The notes beneath the pieces were generated by a model that had not been told where the DNA came from, did not search any database, and worked only from the letters and a program-made list of their open reading frames with translations. Made by a program: the position numbers and the translations under genes. This document shows positions 13,688-30,767 of a DNA stretch of 64,000 nucleotides, piece after piece. Position 1 is the first letter of the stretch; each line of letters starts with the position of its first letter. The DNA comes from the human T2T-CHM13v2.0 reference genome, Homo sapiens. The DNA is taken from assembly GCF_009914755.1 (NCBI RefSeq), contig NC_060933.1. One strand, given 5' to 3'.

Positions 13688-16174
13688 ATTTTTAAAGCAT
13701 CTACATGTGAGGGCCTAAGTATACGAGTACCTAGAAATCTATTTTGCAGCAACTATATATTTGATAGAGTGATTGAGTTTAGTTTAAAGATGACATTTCT
13801 AAGTGGTAGTGCTGTCAAAAGAGCATTGCATTGAATCAAGAATCTGGCATTCTGTGTTCATAGTTCACTTTTGCCACTAATTATTTTTGTGACCCTGGGT
13901 ATTTCTTTCTGGGACTGTATTCATTGGATATGAGTATCTCTAAATCTTCTTCAACTTCTATGATTCTAAATGGAAGTACACTCAATTTTCAAGTATCCAT
14001 TGTGGATTTTATATACTGCTATGTATCCTGAGAAAATCTTCCTTTTGAATTATTTTTTATATTAATGAGTTCAACTTCACAAATATTTACTGAACACCAA
14101 CTATGAGCTAGGTGATGTAAAAGTGAATAGTTACTTCTAGTCAGTATTACTTACTTACTTTTGTATTCCACAGTGCAGTTTGATATTGTTTGTAGTTCCA
14201 AAGCATTAAACAATGCCTTTTAATCTAGGACATGTGGAATCTTCAAATAAGAGCAGAATTACAAAGAGTTTTAGACTGCCACTTTGCATCATTCTGAGAG
14301 GCAATACCATAAGTGTTCAGCAGTCAGAAGAAGGGACAGGGGAAAGTCCTGAGCAGTGCAGGTGGATTAAGAACTAAATATGCCTACAAAAGCACATTCA
14401 TGCCTAAATGTCATTGCATTTGGATCACAGGCCTTGAGAAGATCTGTACCATCACTGTGGGTAACTTGGGCCCATTTAGAGTACTTGCCTCTGAGGGAAA
14501 TAAAAATTTGCTAGCAATTTTCTCTAAATGACATTATCATAGGCACTTAATTCCTTGATAGGTTCTTTTAGGTAATTTTTTTATAATGAAGCAATTAATT
14601 TGATTCACCAAAGTAAGTTTCTAGTTTATATAAAGACCAGATCTGGCCTATTTCTTAGCTTGTCTACATTTGAGTAGTTCCATTGCTGGAAAATGACCCT
14701 GGAGCTTTTCAATCTCATTTGAAGAGTCCAGGGGACAGACAGAGACACTAGTTATGCAGTTTACTAGAGCCAGGTTCCATTTCATCTCTAATAATTTTTG
14801 CCTGTGTGCGCCTGCACATGTAGCTTAAGCTATCTAAGCCTTAGTTAGTTTTGTCATCAGTCAAAGGGGAATAGTGATATCTCCCTCTAAGGGTTGTACA
14901 ACATGGTGGTTATTTATAGCACAGCTTGAATAAATGTTATTAGATAATATAGTCTCAGTCAGGTTTTCCTTGGACCATGTTTTAGTGACATATTAGACTC
15001 CAAAGAAGCAAAATGCTAGGAGCACAGGGCAGCCTAACTTGTGAGTTGATGTACAGTGTGAAGATGCACCACAGATTTAGAATTTCAGTTGACTAGAAGA
15101 ATAAGTGGTAGAATTTGTCCCTGGTTGACTACTGTCTTAACTTTGTGTCTTTGGGGAAATATTTAAGCTCTCCAGACTTCTATTTCTTCATGTTTAAATC
15201 GGGAATAATATTCCTTTCTCATTTCGTAGAAATTGAAAGGAGATAAGTATGAAAGCGTTTATGAGAGTAGAAATCATGAGTGTGAAAGTTCATGCTATTA
15301 TGGCACAATTGATGTTGAAAGTTAATATTACAGACCATTCCTTTTTTGCACAGTGAAAATTGTTTTATATCCATATTGGCCCCTGTCACATATTAAAATA
15401 TTATTTTCTCTTATTAATTTCTATGAGAATAATACTGCCTTCATACTTTTATAAAGGGACCTAGGAAACCAATATTTGTCTAATGTTTCAGGCTAAAGAG
15501 TAAAAAGGAATAGGTATACTCTTGAAAATAGATGGCTATTGTCAATATTTTTCCTACCAAGAAAATAATTCCTTCTCTATAAAGAACTGTTACTGTTTAG
15601 AGCAATATTTTCACGATTCAAAAAGATTATCTGAGCATGTGTCCAACCATAACTGACCCCTGCAAAATATTTCTAAAAGCACTGTGCATCTAGGCTGGGA
15701 AGTATGCAAAATTAGCAAAAATCCCCTAGCATTTTCACACCAAGCCATGTGTATTTAATATACACCACCTCAAAGAGGAACATTACCACCCTAGCACTAT
15801 GAGTGAGGTGAGACAGAGAGATTTCTAAGAATATATGGGTGTAATTTTCTGTTAACTGAGAGTGATTGACAGTTCGTGGAAATCTGCCCTCCAAAATAAC
15901 CTGTTTTGCAGCACCCTTAGTTTTATTTGATATGAAGAAACTGCCTGCTGTTTTGACCCATTTAGCTACTAGGAACTCTATTTACTACCCTAACTGCCTA
16001 AATCCCTATGGATAAATTAGGCAGTATCTGTTTATTTTAGTTTAGATTTATTTTTAAAACCAGTGTTCCTTTGACTGTTCTTACTATTTCTATTTGAGAG
16101 TTGGTTGAAATAAGATCATGTAAATAAAAATACAATGTAGTCTAGATCTAAAGTCACTGTACATACCTAGATAA

Positions 16175-16469
16175 TTTTTTTTTTTTTTGAGACAGGATCT
16201 TGCTCTGTCTCCCAGGCTGGAGAGCAGTGTTATGATCACAGCTTACTGCAACCTCTGGCTCCCAGATTCAGGTGATTCTCCCACCTCAGCCTCCCTAGTA
16301 GTTGGGACTACAGGTGTGTGCCACCACACCTGGCTAATTTTTGTATTTTTGTAGAGATGGGGTTTTGCCATGTTGCCCAGGCTGGTCTCGAACTCCTAGG
16401 CTCAAGTGATCTGCTCATCTTGGCCTCCCAAATGAGAAGGATTACAGGTGTGAACCACTGTGCTTGGCA
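16175..16469 (-). mobile_element. AluJ-type element
   Basis: Full antisense Alu. Confidence 0.9.
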
Positions 16470-18244
16470 CCTAGAGGATTTCAATAAAATTTGAGGTCCT
16501 ATAATTTTAAGATCACATTTCCAAAGGAAGGAGTTTTGCTTCTTTTCAAATGCATGGACAATGAGCAACTATATTGTTTTGGTAAAACTAGTAGTCCCAA
16601 ATAAGAAAGAGGTCCTACTAGTCCCTAGTAGTCTAGTCCCTTGACTAGAAGAAAAAGTCAAGCCCAATTTATTTTATCTGCAGGACTTGGTTTAAGGGGG
16701 ATTATAAAACTATCACCACATAAAGTCTTTGATGAAGAGGACATAGGGGGATGTAGGGAGTACTTCAGAGATGCATCTGGTCACTCTCGAATACATAACA
16801 CATTTACATAAATATATATATCCAAGTAAACTTCAGACTTCACATATTTGTTTCCTTTTGTTTCCTTGTTGAAAATCTTTATCCAAGCTGACAATCACAG
16901 TACACTGCTCATGTAGATTCCACTGCTGAGAGCTGGAAGCTGAGAGTAGAGTGGGCTGGGGAGCGACTTTCTTGGGACTATTATGCTTTTCTTGCACTTT
17001 ACTAGGTTCCTGTTCTTCCCCACCCACTACCTCTCCTGGGCACTGATTCCAGGCAAGTGAGATGCATATCTGTGGACTATGGTTAAGTGAAAGCCTTTGT
17101 TCTGGAAAGCTCTATCTGGTTTCTCTTAAGCCAGACAGACCAGCTTGCCATGAAGGCTTTCATAGGCTCTGGTCCACACTTTAGACTTCCAACTGGTCTG
17201 CTACTGACATTCTAGGCTATTGTTTCTCCAAGTAATGAATGAGTATACCATTGGTGGTGGAAGAGAGAATTTTAGATGGTACATAGACAAATGTTTTTAT
17301 TGTGATTGTTATGTATTTTTAATTCATATGAGAAAAATGTTTTCCATTCATGGTAGCAATATACAGTTTCTTCTTTAAATACATTTACTTAAAAATGTGA
17401 GTTGATTTAAAGAGAAATATTAATAAGACTTCTGGGGAAACTCAGGCATGACAAAATACATGAAGGTGACATGTGAGTAGTTGAGGTTTAGAAAGCACTG
17501 CAATGTTATAGACTCTAGGCTAGCTCCCTGCCTATCCCCAGGCCAGTTAACTAGTTGAATTCTCTCAAGAGTCAGGATGTCTTTGCCTGTTGGCCTTCAC
17601 CTTAAGAAAGTCAGGCAATGATGAGGAATCACACCTGAGGAGATTGTAGGAGACCTTTAACTTAAAGAGTGGTGATGAATATGAAAGAAAGAGTCATAGT
17701 ATATGATCAAAGCAGAGAGGACTTTGAGACTCAGCGATTGGGATGTAGGAAGGTTTCCTGTAAAAATAAAGTCTTAACTGGGCTTCAAAGGATGAACAGG
17801 AATTATCCTGTGGAGAAAAGTAGGAGAAGAATGACATATGCCAAGTTTGTTTCTTAAAACCACAACCCCCAAATTGTGAGCTCTGGGTCTTAATTTGGTG
17901 GGGATGGGAAGCGCCAATCTATCTGTGACTTCTTTCCTGACATGGGCTTTCAAGTGCATGTAACTTGACATTTATGATTTCCTCTGCAAAAGAAGAAAGG
18001 AACAGGGTGATGGTGCCTCTGTGATCAGTTGCATTTATGGGTGCAACAGCAAAGGAGGTGGGACACCTAAGGGACAACCGTTCACGTGAAATGAAGCAGG
18101 GATGAGAAGAAATGCCCGTTTGTATTTAATACATCCCAGAAATGAACCCCTTTATTTTCTGGGACTGTTAGAGCAGGGAAACTATATATTTCTAAGAATG
18201 GGGGCTCTGCTCAAATCTTTGTATTACAGTACAAAGAAGGGTGA

Positions 18245-18659
<415 letters not shown>

Positions 18660-18716
18660 TGAGTTTAACATAAACAAAGAAATAAAAATAATATAATCTC
18701 TCAAAATAGCAAAGAA

Positions 18717-19922
<1,206 letters not shown>

Positions 19923-19985
19923 CAGGAAAGAAGAAAAAAAATCAAAATAATTTTTCTTGGTCACATTTAGCTCCTTTTCTTCCAG

Positions 19986-20197
19986 GATGATTACGGAGCT
20001 AGGAATTTCCTACGAAGCTGGGTGATAAAAGGACATTGGACAAAAACACAGATAGCTTCATTCTATACCAGGATCCATCACTGATTAGCTGTATTATATT
20101 TGTCTCTACTGTAATTTGAGGAGAATGATACCTGCTTCTCTATCTTGTTGGGTTTTACAGATGATGTATTGAAAGTTCAATAAAATCTATAAACAAT
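19986..20197 (+). ncRNA. CDKN2B-AS1: ANRIL proximal terminal exon of the short isoforms; 3' end approximate
   Basis: ctccttttcttccAG|gatgattacgg; AATAAA at 20179-20184 with a U/G-rich stretch downstream. Confidence 0.82.
20179..20184 (+). terminator. Proximal polyadenylation signal AATAAA
   Basis: AATAAA near the end of the proximal terminal exon. Confidence 0.75.
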
Positions 20198-20859
20198 AGA
20201 TCTCTGTGGCTTGAATGGTCCTCAGATATCTTGACCAATGATTCTCAAATGCTTACCATAGACCATAATTTTTCCCCACATGACACTGCTTCATATTTTT
20301 AAGTTTTTTTTCACCAAATATTTTGTTTTACTATCTCCAAGCCCTGAAACTTTTTTTCTCCCTCAAACATGACTTCAACTTTACTATCCTGGTCCCTTTC
20401 TATTGAATGTGTTTTGTTTGTGTCTATATTTCTTATAGTGTCTTGAACTGATTGTACTTACGATATGACTTGACTAGCATAAGATAGAATAGGGCAGTCA
20501 TCTTCTTTGATCTAGACTAGATGCTATCCTTCTATTAATGCAGTTGCTAGTTTTGTATTTGCTTGCTTTCAATTTTTTTTTTTCAGATTTTGGTAACCAC
20601 TGTTACTTGACTCGTATCAAACTTATCAGTAGCTAAAACCCCCATTTTCCCTCTTCCTGTGCTTATTTGACTAGTTTTGTTGCGCTTTCTGAAATGTTTC
20701 TCACTTGTTTTTGACCAAAAAAATAAAAATAACAAATGCCATTGATTCTGTGTCTATACTATTTGAGGCAGTTAGGCCTTTACTTACTTCTTCCAACATT
20801 TTAAGCAGTGTTGCATTCAATTTGAACAAGAGGAATAAAAAGGCTTGAGAAATCTTAGG

Positions 20860-21000
20860 GAAGTGTGTCTCAAGCTTTAGCAAACAAACAACAGATCTGC
20901 AGGAGATCTTGTTAAAATGCTAAATTCTGATTCAGCAGGTCTGGAGTAGGGTCCAAGATTTTACATTTCTAGTAAGTTTCTATGGATTATGTTTTGAGCA
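20860..21000. mobile_element. MER5A-like DNA transposon remnant
   Basis: cttgttaaaatgc...ttctgattcagcaggtctgg motif. Confidence 0.55.
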
Positions 21001-21474
21001 ACAAATTCTTAGAGTGTCTGAAAGGTTTTTAAAATAACTGATTTCCCTTCAAAATCTTCTTCATTAGGAGTAAAATATACATCTTCTCACTCTGTAAATC
21101 AGCTCTGAGATCTTCTATAATCTTAGCTGAGGTTTGGGTATGCAGAGTTTTGAAACTCTTATTTGCTTAAGAGAGGAGCCATGTATGATCTTCTTTTGGG
21201 TTTCCCCATTGTCTGGTAAAATGAGGAGCATTACTAAACGGCACTCACTTTTACTGAGTTTGTTTGGATCCCACAGAGAACTGAAAAAGTCACCATTATG
21301 GAAGCCTTATCAGAGAGATGGGGACAAGTCGCCCCAAAGCAGTTGTCAATATCTGGAAGATATTTTTCTAGTTGGCCTTATATTTCATTTCTATTTTCCT
21401 CAGTTCTAATTCAGTTTATCACAATTAAAAAGAAACCAATGAAAAACATAAATATTGGAGATCATTTGATTTCA

Positions 21475-21850
<376 letters not shown>

Positions 21851-24800
21851 CTGAAGGGTGTGCTGGGTCCTGTCCTGGGTGAGGGAACAACTTGTGGAAA
21901 AGTGAATTGAGGCTTATCGGAATGTTTGGGGCTCCTCAATAATGTTGGCACTCTGAGATACAGACCAAAAGTGAGGTAAAAAGCGAGTGTTTCCTTTTTT
22001 TCAGAATAGGACTTTACTCCAGATTTTCTTACTCTTCTCTTGATTCCTTCACCATCCTTGATCGACATTCACCTCAGATGCCCATGTCCCTTCTCCACCG
22101 GCATAGCTTGTTTTCTTCTTAATCTTCTTGTGTTCATCTAGCCTCACATTGCATTTGTCACACTTCGTTGAAAACCTACTGTTTGTCAAAGTGTCTTTCT
22201 AGTAATCCAGATATCTCTTCCCCCATGCCTTTGGTGTGGTTTCGGTAGAGTCATACAGAGCAGCAATGCCTTATGAAAACGAATTTTACAGAATCTGCCT
22301 GTTCATCAAAGGAGGCCAGACAGGAGGTGAGAAAAACCAGGTGTGTCCCACACCAGTCTCAATGAAGCCTTTTGGGGTGTCTTGTGCTCTTGACTAAATC
22401 TCAGATGGTACTGAATGAATAATCACCAAAGGCGTGAGCTGTTAAGGAATCCCAGTTTGGCTGGCTCTGTGCAGTCAGATGTAGCCAGCCCTGTTTATGT
22501 GTGAAAGGATTGGGTTTTCCCCAAGCTGTTTGGTAATGTTGCAAGAACAGACTTTCCCCTCCCTGGCTCCCTGGAGTAAAATGGCTGCCAAAGTATTTTG
22601 GAACAGAAACTTAGAAATGTACCGACCACTAGAAGAGAGTAACAAGGGTCCTTTGATATTTTCCGTGTTCACTATGATCAAGCTGGCATCGTTTCCTTCT
22701 GAGCTAAAGATTCTGAGCTATCATTGGCTGATGTGAGCTTGTGACCTAGCTACTTCTGTTCACAATACACTGTGGAGGGGCAGCGGGGGCAGCCCTATTT
22801 GGGTTGAGAGTCTTTAAGGAGAGCTTTACAGATGAGTTCTAGTGAAGCCCATCAGGGAGAAGAAAATCAAACACAATGGGAAATGTTTAACAATTAAAAC
22901 CAGGCTTTGCCTGTGTGGTCCTGTGTTTTACCACATCACTCTATGGAAATGGGCTGTTGGAAGGAAGACTGTATTTCTGACAGTTTGCAGAGCCAAAAAC
23001 CTGTTGAAGGCTTTTTGTAAGGTAGTGGAGAAAATGGCAAAACCTTTAAAACTTAAGGGAAATTACTTGATAGTTCTGATGACCACAGGCCACCAGACTG
23101 CTGGGTCATGGAATTATAGCTACATGACAAAGAAAATAGGAGGGTGGGCTGAGCCAGACTCAGAAACTATTCCAAAAGTACTATGACTTTTTAGGAAGCT
23201 AGTTCTTTTTATTTGAAATATTTTGTGTTTTTTTGCATGAGAATTAGCCTATGCTTCTTAAAAATATCATAAAATGTCAGCTAGTAGAAAAATAAAGAGT
23301 TTAATCTCCACTCCGACTACCTAGAGTCAACCCTTGTTCATACTGCAGTACATTTTTTTCTTTTAGTTCTGTTCTATGCTTTAAATAAAAATACAATTAG
23401 GTCCATATGGCAATATAATTTTGACTCCTTTTAAAACTGTAGCTTATATCATAAGTCTATTTGATGTTGTTTTGAAGTTGTCATGTACATTTTGTCATAC
23501 AAGTTTTTAATGACTGTTTTTATGGGGTTGTGCCCCAAGTTACTTATTCATTCCCATGTTATCAGATATTTTGTTCTTTAGCTTTTTTTTTTTTTTTTTT
23601 ACATTATAACTAATGAGGCAATGTGTCTTGAGTATTTTGAATTAACTCTCTAGAATCGATTCTTGGGGAGGTTATTTACTTTGAAGTGATGGACAGAGTG
23701 TAGTAGATTTATGAGTGAACTCTTGTCTGATTTGGAAATATAGAGTTGTTTAGGCTAGGTATTACCAACCCAAAGTTGACACTTGAGTCACCTAAGTTCT
23801 TCTCTACTCCAGAGACTTGGCCCTGCCTGGCCTGATCCCAGGAAAAGAGATTTTAGGGATTACAGAAATGGGAACAAGTTGTGGGTCTGAGCACAGCATG
23901 CAAATTAATTCAACACAGCCCCTGGGACAGGCCCATGATCAGTGAGCTGAAACTCCCCCTTCAAGTGCTTTCATGATTAGACTCCAGCCTAGGAAGCTTG
24001 TCTATTAGTTGTGTAATCTTGAAAAAATCTCTGACACTTTTCCCTCTGACTCAGTTTCCCCATCTGGCACCCAATCTTTTACAGTGTTATGAAAAATAGG
24101 GAAAATGTAGAAAGGAAGAACATGGCACCCAATCCTTAATGGACACTCAGTGAAAGTTGGCTATCATCATCATTTTTGGGGTTGTTGTGTTCTACAAATG
24201 TATTTTCCCAGGAGTTTTTTTTACTCTGTCTCCTCTTTCCTTCATATACCCCCAGCCTGTGGCTGGGGTCTTGCTTCAACCACCATGCACCTTTCTGAAA
24301 CCCAAGTTTTACTCCCTGATAAAGGTATTGACCTCTTGTTGGTCTCATCCTCCAGACCTACCTATACTTAAGAAAATGACATCTCTTTAAACTGGTCCCC
24401 AGTTCACTTGTTTTCCCTAACATTTTAATTCACAAGATTAATCACTTCCCTTACAGGCCAGTCTTACTGCAGAGTTGATTTTTATAATTTTGGGCCTGTT
24501 GGTCTGGTTGTACTTTTCTCTTTCTGCTGGTCTGCTAGTTATAGCGGGTCTTGAAAGCAGTGATATGTTATGACATTGTCATCACCCTCATTATTGCTCT
24601 TTATATAACAGTAGCAGCATAACTGTGTTTTGATTTCTTGTACAAGGCATAAAGTGTGCTAGTGGCTCACTATTCACATCAATCTCATCAGAAAATGTTA
24701 TTTCCTCCTTTTGTTGATCATGATATAGAGGCCCAGTGACATTAGGTAACTTGCTCAAGATCACACATGTGGAAAGCTACAGAGCCAGACTTGGAACTGA

Positions 24801-25769
24801 GTCCATTATATCTTAATCCCACTGCACTCCAAAATTTGTTGAATGAAGGAATAGATAAACGTATCATGATTTTGATGTTCTGACTAATTCGTAGCCAGTA
24901 CTTTATTGCTATCGGAGCTTAAGCTTTAAGTACTGGCTAGGAAATAGTCAGAACTTTATTTTTAAGGAGGAGCATATAATTATGTATATTTTATACCTGT
25001 AGTAAATTGGGAACTATAGAAAACATGTAGAGGATTGTGTTTACCAACTTCATGTAGAGTGAGGATACCCGACTCTAGCTTGCTGGTAGTTAGGTAAGTC
25101 AGACATGGGCAGGGGATAAACCAAATTAGACTATTTCCATTTGACTAAGCCATATAATCAGGTGTAAGCCACGGAAAGAAATCTGGAAAGACAGGTGCAA
25201 TATTAGAAGATGGCTCATGATAGTGATCATTAGAGGTTCAGGCTTGAGAAAGCCAATTGGAATCAAGAAGGCCTAATCCTGGGGTTCTGTCACAGAAAAG
25301 AAGGCTGGTAGCAGGAAGAGGACATGTAACATGAATTACATGATTAGATTTGTGTCATAATAACAAAAACAATAATGATAATAACACTAATAGCTTGTTA
25401 TATGCCATGCCCTGTACTAAGAACTATACGTATGTTATCCCATCTAAATCACATTTAATAGATTCCCATTTTTCTCATGAGAAAATTGCATCATACAGAG
25501 ATGAACTAACTTGCTCAAGGCTATAGACCTGGTAATTAGCAAAGCAGGGATTTGAATTTAGATGTATTTTTCTCTGAAGGCTGGGTTTAGATAAATGGAT
25601 CTGGAAGCACTGGGAAGGATGAATTAATGGGATGGAGTGCAGGGGATGCAGAGTGCCCACTTATGGAATGATTTCATTCAAGAGAGACAGGAGGGTCAGA
25701 GGTAAGAATGTTACCGCTGGGACAGAGAGGAAGGTACAGATATGAGATATGGTAAGAAGGTATACTACA

Positions 25770-25952
25770 ACAGTGGCTCCCAAATCTCAATGAGTAGCCA
25801 GTTCTCATGGAGGTTTTGTTTTTATTTTTGAATGAAGATTCCCATGGCATACCTTGAATATTCTGAATCAGAATCTCTGGAATACAACTTGGTATTCTTA
25901 TAAAGCACCCTAGGTGATGCTGAAGCTCTGCCAGGTTCAAGAACCACAGCTC
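25770..25952. mobile_element. MER5-like DNA transposon remnant
   Basis: cagtggctcccaaa ... ctgaatcagaatctctgg ... gttcaagaaccac. Confidence 0.6.
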
Positions 25953-27743
25953 GATCAGCCTATATTTAGATGTTTGGGGTGGAGAATGAGAGAAAGAAAA
26001 GATTTTAGGGTGGCATCCAGGTTTCTGAATTTTGTGACTCAGTGAAGTTTTTGGAGGGTAGGTAAGATGCTGAGTTCAGTTTTGGATGTGTTGAGATGGA
26101 CTGGTCCTGTGGATTTAGTTGGATATTAGAGTCTAACGCTTAGAACAGAGGTCAAGGCTGTAGATTTAGATATGGAGGACACTGGTGTTTGGGTGGTGAT
26201 GGCGCTATATATTACATGGAATTTTCAAAATACTCAAAACTTCAGTTTTCCCTCAATAATTAATCACTTTACATCTTTGTGATCTTAAATCTCTTTCTGA
26301 CCATTGATTGAAACTTTTGCTTTTAAAATTTACATTACCTTTCTTAACAGTTCCTTAAGATTCATGCATTGTTGTAAGTAGTTACTTGCACCATTTCATT
26401 GGATTCACACCAACAATTGTTAAAGTAAAATTTATTTTTCCTGTGTTTTAGATGAAGAGATTTAGGCAGGTTATGTAACACACCCAAGGTAATATAGTCA
26501 AATAATTGAGCCAGAATTTGAGCCCAAGTCTCTTTCTGACTCTAGGCTTAGAGCTTTAGGGCTATTTCACAAAAGGGCTGTTCCTAGGTCAGGCATGACA
26601 ACTTCTATATTACCTTTGTAAAAGAAGCAATATAATCTACCACTATTAAATTTTGCAGGTTAATTTTATATTATGTTTAAATACAGAAAACTTTATTTAA
26701 AACTCAGTTGAATTTCTCTTGAGAAATTGGCCATGTAGTAAATTATATTTAATAGAAGAGTTTGTGTACTTCCCAGGGAGCAGAGTATTGGCCTGATCAA
26801 AGCACCTTTCAGCCTTTGTCTAACAGCATGTGGGTAGGCTACATTTTTTTTACTCTCAGAGAAAGGGGGTGGGCAGGGGTGTGATATGGGTTTTTGTCTC
26901 TGGGAGTTCTGTTGCATGATTTGACCTCCCAAATTGTTTTGTGGGGCATATCCAACTTTGGGTTGAAACTAAAATGGGTTCTTGGTAATCCCAGATTGAA
27001 AATATGTCTCAGCAGTAACATTGTTTATCTTTAGGTTTAGGTAAATACAGACATTTGCCATGTCTTCTTGGTAGCACTGTAAGAATGAGTAGGGCTGTGA
27101 AAAATGCACAGGGCATTCATTATGAAGACTGGCTGGTTAAAACTGATACACTAAAGAAATTGCATTCTTTTCCACAAGCTGAGTCATACAGCTGAAATTG
27201 TGGAATCATCTGAGCCAGCAGCTGTAATATGATACTTAATCTCCATAAGTGACAGATATCTAAGATAACACGAACACCCAGACGACAACTCAGGCAACCC
27301 CAGCACAGTGTTTTGGTATGAGAACAGGAGAAATGTTAGTAGAGTGAACATTTTTCCACAGAGAACTCAAATATGGTAACATTCTCATAGCTTTGATAAT
27401 CCCCAATAAACTGTGGTTACTAAAATGCATGACAAAAAGAACTTCTATCTATAAAGAACTTCTTTATACATTTCCAATACTTGGGTTATGATCAAGGAGA
27501 AAAAAGTTTATCAGTTAATTAAGAGTTAGGTAGCTAGTTTGCCCACAGATTAATTTGTATGAGGTAAAGGAAATCTCACCTAACTGGGAAAAAGCAAGCT
27601 TACCCTCAAGGTATGCTTATCCCAACCCCACCCTGCCAAGTGCATTCCTTATTCCTCAGGTGTGCCTGTTTATCCCAAGGACCTAGCCACACCTACATCT
27701 TGTTCTGGCCCCACACCAAGGAACATATAAAAGTTCCCTCTCT

Positions 27744-28052
<309 letters not shown>

Positions 28053-29359
28053 TTATATCTCAGGGTATCTTGGAGTCACTACTGATCCTTGACCTCCCTC
28101 CTTTCTCTGACCATGTCTAGACAAGTGTCCAGGTCTCCTGTGCCAAATGTCTATTTGTTGCCTGGATTAGGTTTTGACTTGTTTTTCTATTTCTTTGCAT
28201 CTCGTAGCCCATTTCTTTGATTCAATTTCACAATCTCTTGATTTTGTCCTTAAGTATTTGGCAACACAAACCCTCGAGAGGCAGGATAGTTCAACAGAAA
28301 GAAGATGAACCTTGGGGGTCAGAAGATTCAAACTTCCAGAATTTAAATCTTCATTCTGCTATTACTAGATTTATAAACTTTATCAAATCACTCTCCTACT
28401 CTATCCCTTAATTCAACATATTTAAAATTGGAATAAAAATCTCAATGTGGTAGAGTTATTATTGAGATGAAAATCAGAATAGATACAAAGAACTTGATAG
28501 CCCCAAGGAGCTTGATCAGTGTTTGTTTAATGGCCCTTCCTCTCTTCTCATATCTCAGTTCAGATCCTACTCAGCCATTTATTTTATTCTGCTCCTTTTG
28601 GAGTAGAGAATAAAGCCAAGAATTATGCTTAAAAAGTAGCATAATTAAAAGTATTTAAAACACAAGTAACTTGAGAAAGGTGAGTTGGAAGTTTATATCT
28701 AACCTCAGTTTTTTTTGGAGAGAAATTTACCCGTCAGGGCCAGATTAAAACATTTACAAGTCCCAAGCACACGTGAGATGAAGATGCCCCTCACTTATCT
28801 CACATGTAAGTTGAAAGTTAAAAAGTGAAAATGTCTACTAGAGTTCAATAATATTCTTTTTTTCCCATGACTTCTCTGAAGCTTTTAGAAAATATGAAAT
28901 TCTTAAAAACAATAACAGTAACCCACATTTTTATTGCCCTGGTTTGCCCTATCTTATCTTTCTCCTGCTCACAGGGTCTGAGGCAGCTGGGATAGGGGAG
29001 AATGATTACCAGCCAATCAATATTTTTTGAACCCCAGAGATTATTTATTTATCTATCCATTTATTTATTTTGAGATCTTATTTTATCTGGAATCTTAATA
29101 AACGATTAGTTTCCAAACTGTATCTACTGTGTGTATTTTATCCATATGGCCCAGATTTGTATTACTTATTTGTGATTCTGAATAATATTTTTTCCAACAT
29201 TAATTATCAGCCTCTCTGTGCCCCTCCAGAATTGTTACAACCTATGTTAATGCACACTATGGCAAGCCATGTGAATTGCCTACGCAGGGAAGTTTTCTTC
29301 ATACTTCCTTGCCAAGAGAACCCCATTATTGGTCAGTTACTAGTCACATGATCTTCTTT

Positions 29360-29810
29360 AGCCCCTCCTTAGCCCCTGTAGTGAATCAGGAGTAGCCTAA
29401 GGCCATGGTGGTAACTCCCCTTTTTCTTGGAAATGTTTGATTTAGATATGGAGAAGAGGTGCAACTTTGCTTATGAAATGGGAGGGCAAATATGGGAAAC
29501 TTTAAGGTAAGTTTTCTTTCCCCTTGAAGGGGACCAAAAAGTTGTGGTTTATACTTTCTTGACTCTGGTCACTGTTGGGTGAAGAGTTGGTGCTATGGAA
29601 GCCATCTTCAGACCATGAGGGGACAAGTCTGAGGATACAATTACATGCTACCGGTGGCAGAGGACAGTATAGCAAGAAACTGGATCCCTGATGACATTGA
29701 ACCATTGACTGAATCTACCCTGGAACCATCAGGAAATAATCCTTAGTTTTTTAAAGATGCTTTTAGTTGTGTTTTCTATTACAAGTACCTGAAAGCATCC
29801 TAACTAATCA
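29360..29810 (+). mobile_element. MLT1J-like LTR
   Basis: gccatcttcagaccatgaggggac ... ggatccctgatgacattg ... gaaagcatcctaact. Confidence 0.6.
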
Positions 29811-30743
29811 ATGCTAAATGCATCTCTCACAGTTTATGCTTATTTTTCAGAAATGCCTAGTGGAAATTTCTATTGCTGATTATAATATTTGTCCTAAATA
29901 AATTGAATAGACTGTCAATCTTTTGAAAATAAAAGCATGACTTGATTAGCAATTGTTTAGTCTGATGTTTTCCTAATTTCTGTCATTTGCATACCACTTC
30001 TTTGATTTTGTCATATCCTTGTATCATCTGCACTAATAGAAATATTTTTCCTTAAGTTGTCTCTCCTTTAAAAAATTATATCCATTTATTTTGAAGAGAA
30101 ACTTTTTCACTAACTATAAATTGAAAACCGATATCATTTGCCTTAAATAGAAGATTGTCATAAAAAGAAATGCCATGAGTGAAATAATGTTATTAAATAT
30201 TTGCCAGATATAGTTTCCTATGAAGACTCTGAGCTTGTGGCTTGCTGTCTCTGTTGAAAGGAGAGACTAGGGAGTGTTATAGAAGTGGTAAAATAATCCT
30301 TCCACTGACTGAGACTATTTCCTTGCCACAATCAGAAGAACTAAAAGAAAGGAGGATATCTGTTAATATATGAATTTATCTAAATGTCATGCTGTGGCTT
30401 CTAAAATCATCTGGTGTGCTCTGTTTCCCCTTGGAGGTGACTTAGGCCTGGCATCCCAAACAATACATACTGGAGTGAAGCTCCAGGAAACCCTGAGGAG
30501 AAGAGAAGGGCTTAAAGAGCAATCAGCCTTCGATTGCTGGGATTATGAAAGGTCGTAAGAAGTGAATGTTGCAATGTTTTATTATACTTGATATTGAAGC
30601 AAGGACAAGTAATAATTTATTATTCTCTCCATGTCAGTGGTATTTACCTTTTTGGAATCATGTGCCCCATTGAGAATTTCTGGAAAACCATGGTTCTTCT
30701 ACTCAGGAGAATGCACAATTGCACACATACACAAATGTGCAAG

Positions 30744-30767
30744 CACACACACACACACACACACACA
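30744..30767. repeat. (CA)n within a MER117-like DNA transposon remnant
   Basis: Repeat read directly; host element tentative. Confidence 0.8.
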
